In this document: positions 61,615-64,000 of the stretch, piece after piece
Layout of the letters: each line of letters opens with the position of its first letter
Position numbering within the stretch: the stretch's first letter is position 1
Assembly: GCA_963752595.1 (NCBI GenBank)
Contig: CAVVYZ010000014.1
Span: 1-64,000, forward strand
Origin: an uncultured delta proteobacterium
GTDB lineage: Bacteria; Desulfobacterota; Desulfomonilia; UBA1062
Direction: 5' to 3'
DNA: 64,000 nucleotides
Program-made: the position numbers and the translations under genes
Notes under the pieces: model-generated
Seen by the model: the letters and a program-made list of their open reading frames with translations, nothing else
Database searches by the model: none
Told to the model about the DNA's origin: nothing

Positions 61615-61780
61615 GAGTGATACAGACGAACAGGCTCATGAGGTGCCGGGCCTCTTATTCATCTATTCCTAATTAGAGCGTGCCAAGGGTATCGGCCCTC
61701 GTCTCTGGCACCCCGTCTCTTCCGGCATATTACTCAAAGAATACTGGAGAATGCTACCGGATTTATCCAGAGTACTGCAT

Positions 61781-63529
61781 TTATGACGATGTGGTTACTT
61801 GCTGTTGCTGTGCTGTAGCGAGGTCTCTGAACATTTCCTCTCGGATGCTGCGGAAATCCGCCTCATGAGCTATGAATGCATCCACCACCTCGGGATCGAA
61901 ATGACTGCCCCGGTCTTCCACGATGATCTCCAGGGCCTTTTCGTGCGAGAATGCCTCTTTGTAGACCCGCTTGGAGGTAAGGGCATCATACACATCCGCA
62001 AGGGCTACGATCCTGGCGGATAAGGGGATCTGGTCACCCTTGAGCCCCTTGGGATACCCGGTGCCGTCCCATTTCTCGTGGTGGTAATAGGCGATCTCCT
62101 TTCCCAGACTCAGGAAGGACTGGCCTTCGAGCTTCGTTTCGACCGCCCTGAGTGCATCTCCTCCCAGGGACGAGTGACGTTTGACCACCTCGAACTCATC
62201 CGTGGTCAGACGGCTCGGCTTCAGCAGGATGGAGTCCGGAATCCCCACCTTCCCGATATCGTGGAGGATGGACGAATTATAGATATCATCGATATAATCC
62301 TGGGTGATATACGCTGCAAACTTCGGTTTCTCGGACAACTCCTGCGCCAGGACTCTTGAGTATTCACGTATGCGCTCAAGATGGGCGCCCGTGTCTGCAT
62401 CCCGGTATTCTGCGAGTTTCGCGAGACCCAGAATCGTTGCATTCCTGGCGCTCTGGACCTTCTTATATGACTCGAGCAGATCACTCTCCAGCTTCTTGCG
62501 CACAGTGATATCCCTGATCACCATTTGGAAGCCGACGAGATCTGTTTCCTTGTAGATGCACTTGGCATTGCACTCAACTTCAAAGACCCTTCCCAGACGG
62601 TTTACGATCCTGAACTGGAAATCCTTTACCGTCTGTTCTGTCGGCAGACGATCGAACATCCGCTCCACAAGGCTGGTATCCGACCCCTTCACGAGGTTCA
62701 TGAAGCTGAAATCAAGCTTCTGGCCGGAAGGAATGCCGATCGTATCATAAAACCGGGGGTTGGCCATGAGGATCTTCGAATGCCTGTCCACGAGGATGAC
62801 GATATCGATGATATTCTCGTAGAGCTCCCGGTAACGGAGCTCGGATTCCTTGAGCTCGATGACGCGTTTTTCCACCTCGGCCTCTAGGTTGTGAGCGTAG
62901 TAGGAAAGGCGCTCTGCAAGTGCATCCATCTCTGTTTTGAGCTTACATTCCCGTCTCCTTACTTTTGTCTCTTCAAACGCCTGCAGGGTCGTTATTACGA
63001 TGAAAAAGACAAAGAAGAAACTATTGCTGAAGAATATTTTCAGGCTGTTCGGATCGGGAGCGTTGAGCATGATTATGGGCAAGGCATAGATAAGGTAAAG
63101 CATAAACCCGAAGAGAAGAGCCTGCGGAGCATTTATGGGTAAGATGACGATAGTGACGAGGACCATGATGAGTCCGACGTAATAAAACGACGAATAGCCG
63201 CCCATTTTTACGCACATCATGGAGATGGTGAAGGCCGCAATGATATATGCAACGGTCACCAGTGCAAATGCATTGTTTTTGCCGTACCTTGTATAATAAC
63301 CGAGCAGCAAAGCCAGGAGCGCTCCGGAACAGGCAATGCGGTAGAAAAAAAAGAGGGTAAAATACTCCCGGACTACCACATAATCCAGGACACTGAAGAA
63401 CGGGATGAGGATGATTCCCACCAGGAGGATCGCCAGTACGCGCTGGTACAATAGATCCCTGGTCTCTTCGCCGTATCTGCGTTCGTATTCTTCTAAAATC
63501 AACAGCATACCATCTATCACTATCGACAA
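61781..63529 (-). CDS. Membrane sensor-PAS-HD-GYP cyclic dinucleotide phosphodiesterase
   Basis: About six TM helices; PAS; LAEYRD.DTGAH, LHDIGK, HHEKWDGTGYP, ADVYDAL. Confidence 0.92.
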   Translation of the reverse strand: MSIVIDGMLLILEEYERRYGEETRDLLYQRVLAILLVGIILIPFFSVLDYVVVREYFTLFFFYRIACSGALLALLLGYYTRYGKNNAFALVTVAYIIAAFTISMMCVKMGGYSSFYYVGLIMVLVTIVILPINAPQALLFGFMLYLIYALPIIMLNAPDPNSLKIFFSNSFFFVFFIVITTLQAFEETKVRRRECKLKTEMDALAERLSYYAHNLEAEVEKRVIELKESELRYRELYENIIDIVILVDRHSKILMANPRFYDTIGIPSGQKLDFSFMNLVKGSDTSLVERMFDRLPTEQTVKDFQFRIVNRLGRVFEVECNAKCIYKETDLVGFQMVIRDITVRKKLESDLLESYKKVQSARNATILGLAKLAEYRDADTGAHLERIREYSRVLAQELSEKPKFAAYITQDYIDDIYNSSILHDIGKVGIPDSILLKPSRLTTDEFEVVKRHSSLGGDALRAVETKLEGQSFLSLGKEIAYYHHEKWDGTGYPKGLKGDQIPLSARIVALADVYDALTSKRVYKEAFSHEKALEIIVEDRGSHFDPEVVDAFIAHEADFRSIREEMFRDLATAQQQQVTTSS

Positions 63530-63654
63530 TCGGGAGTGACAAAATTAATAGATTTACATGACTGAAGGATCTGCTTTCGTTACGTGAGCCGGCTTCGATC
63601 AAAACCGCTTTTAGAGCAGACGGCCGCTGCGTGAGCGGCGTAAACCAAAAGCCG

Positions 63655-64000
63655 TCAAAGGATTTTCAAGCAGTCTCCAAAGGGCGTATCGGCCGAAAAG
63701 TCGGGCGTATAGTTCGCCGTAGAATCTATTTCCTGGGCGTATATCGTAACAAATCTTAAATCGATGGCCTTTTCCAGAACCACTTCATATTCTTCAGGTG
63801 ATATTGTCCGGCCCATTTCGGGGATAGTGCCCGAGTAGAAGCAGGGGTTGTACTGGGACATGATACTCACGGGGATATCAAGCGAGAGTCCGGCCAGAAA
63901 TTCGAGCACGGCAAAAGGATTCGAGCGCATGCCGGGAAGTACGAGATGCCGCACGATAAGTCCTGACAGGCCTTTGCCGTTATCATCAACACGCAAGGAA
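63655..64000 (-). CDS. Radical SAM protein (PflX-like), 3' part only
   Basis: GLIVRHLVLPG, SIMSQYNP, ISPEEY, YTPDF; 5' end outside the window. Confidence 0.8.
   Translation of the reverse strand, partial: SLRVDDNGKGLSGLIVRHLVLPGMRSNPFAVLEFLAGLSLDIPVSIMSQYNPCFYSGTIPEMGRTISPEEYEVVLEKAIDLRFVTIYAQEIDSTANYTPDFSADTPFGDCLKIL

Overview
64 kb of chromosome from an anaerobic, diderm bacterium, most consistent with a Desulfobacterota/deltaproteobacterium (inferred from gene content and order). Left to right: a trehalose cluster (otsA, otsB, treT, DUF5752-like) transcribed divergently from a tandem array of six exported ComEA-type helix-hairpin-helix (HhH) genes; cbpA; a polyprenyl synthase; a lipoprotein plus beta-barrel pair; a long minus-strand run (ffh, sensor kinase, sigma-54 regulator, exopolysaccharide export genes, ExeA-like ATPase, comF, a DUF2520-heptose adenylyltransferase fusion); a porCDAB plus NuoEFG/HydCBA-like redox operon; lysR with a candidate sRNA; smr, holB, an EF-G paralog, mog, a PilZ-methyltransferase, pal, scpAB, trpS, a site-2 protease, an MFS transporter, TPP riboswitch-thiE-thiC, a pseudouridine synthase, IHF, a sigma-54-controlled flagellar basal-body cluster (flgBC fliEFGHIJ), a membrane PAS/HD-GYP protein and a partial radical SAM gene. 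Many genes carry indels in patches (about 1-8 kb, 25-31 kb, 42-43 kb, 47-50.5 kb) that look like sequencing or assembly error, so coordinates there are approximate. The best candidate for an undescribed system is the six-gene HhH array: five paralogs have lost the Gly-h-Gly DNA-contact signature and gained low-complexity Gly/Ser/Gln tails. No rRNA, tRNA, CRISPR array or transposase was seen. All family assignments come from motif recognition by eye; no searches were run.
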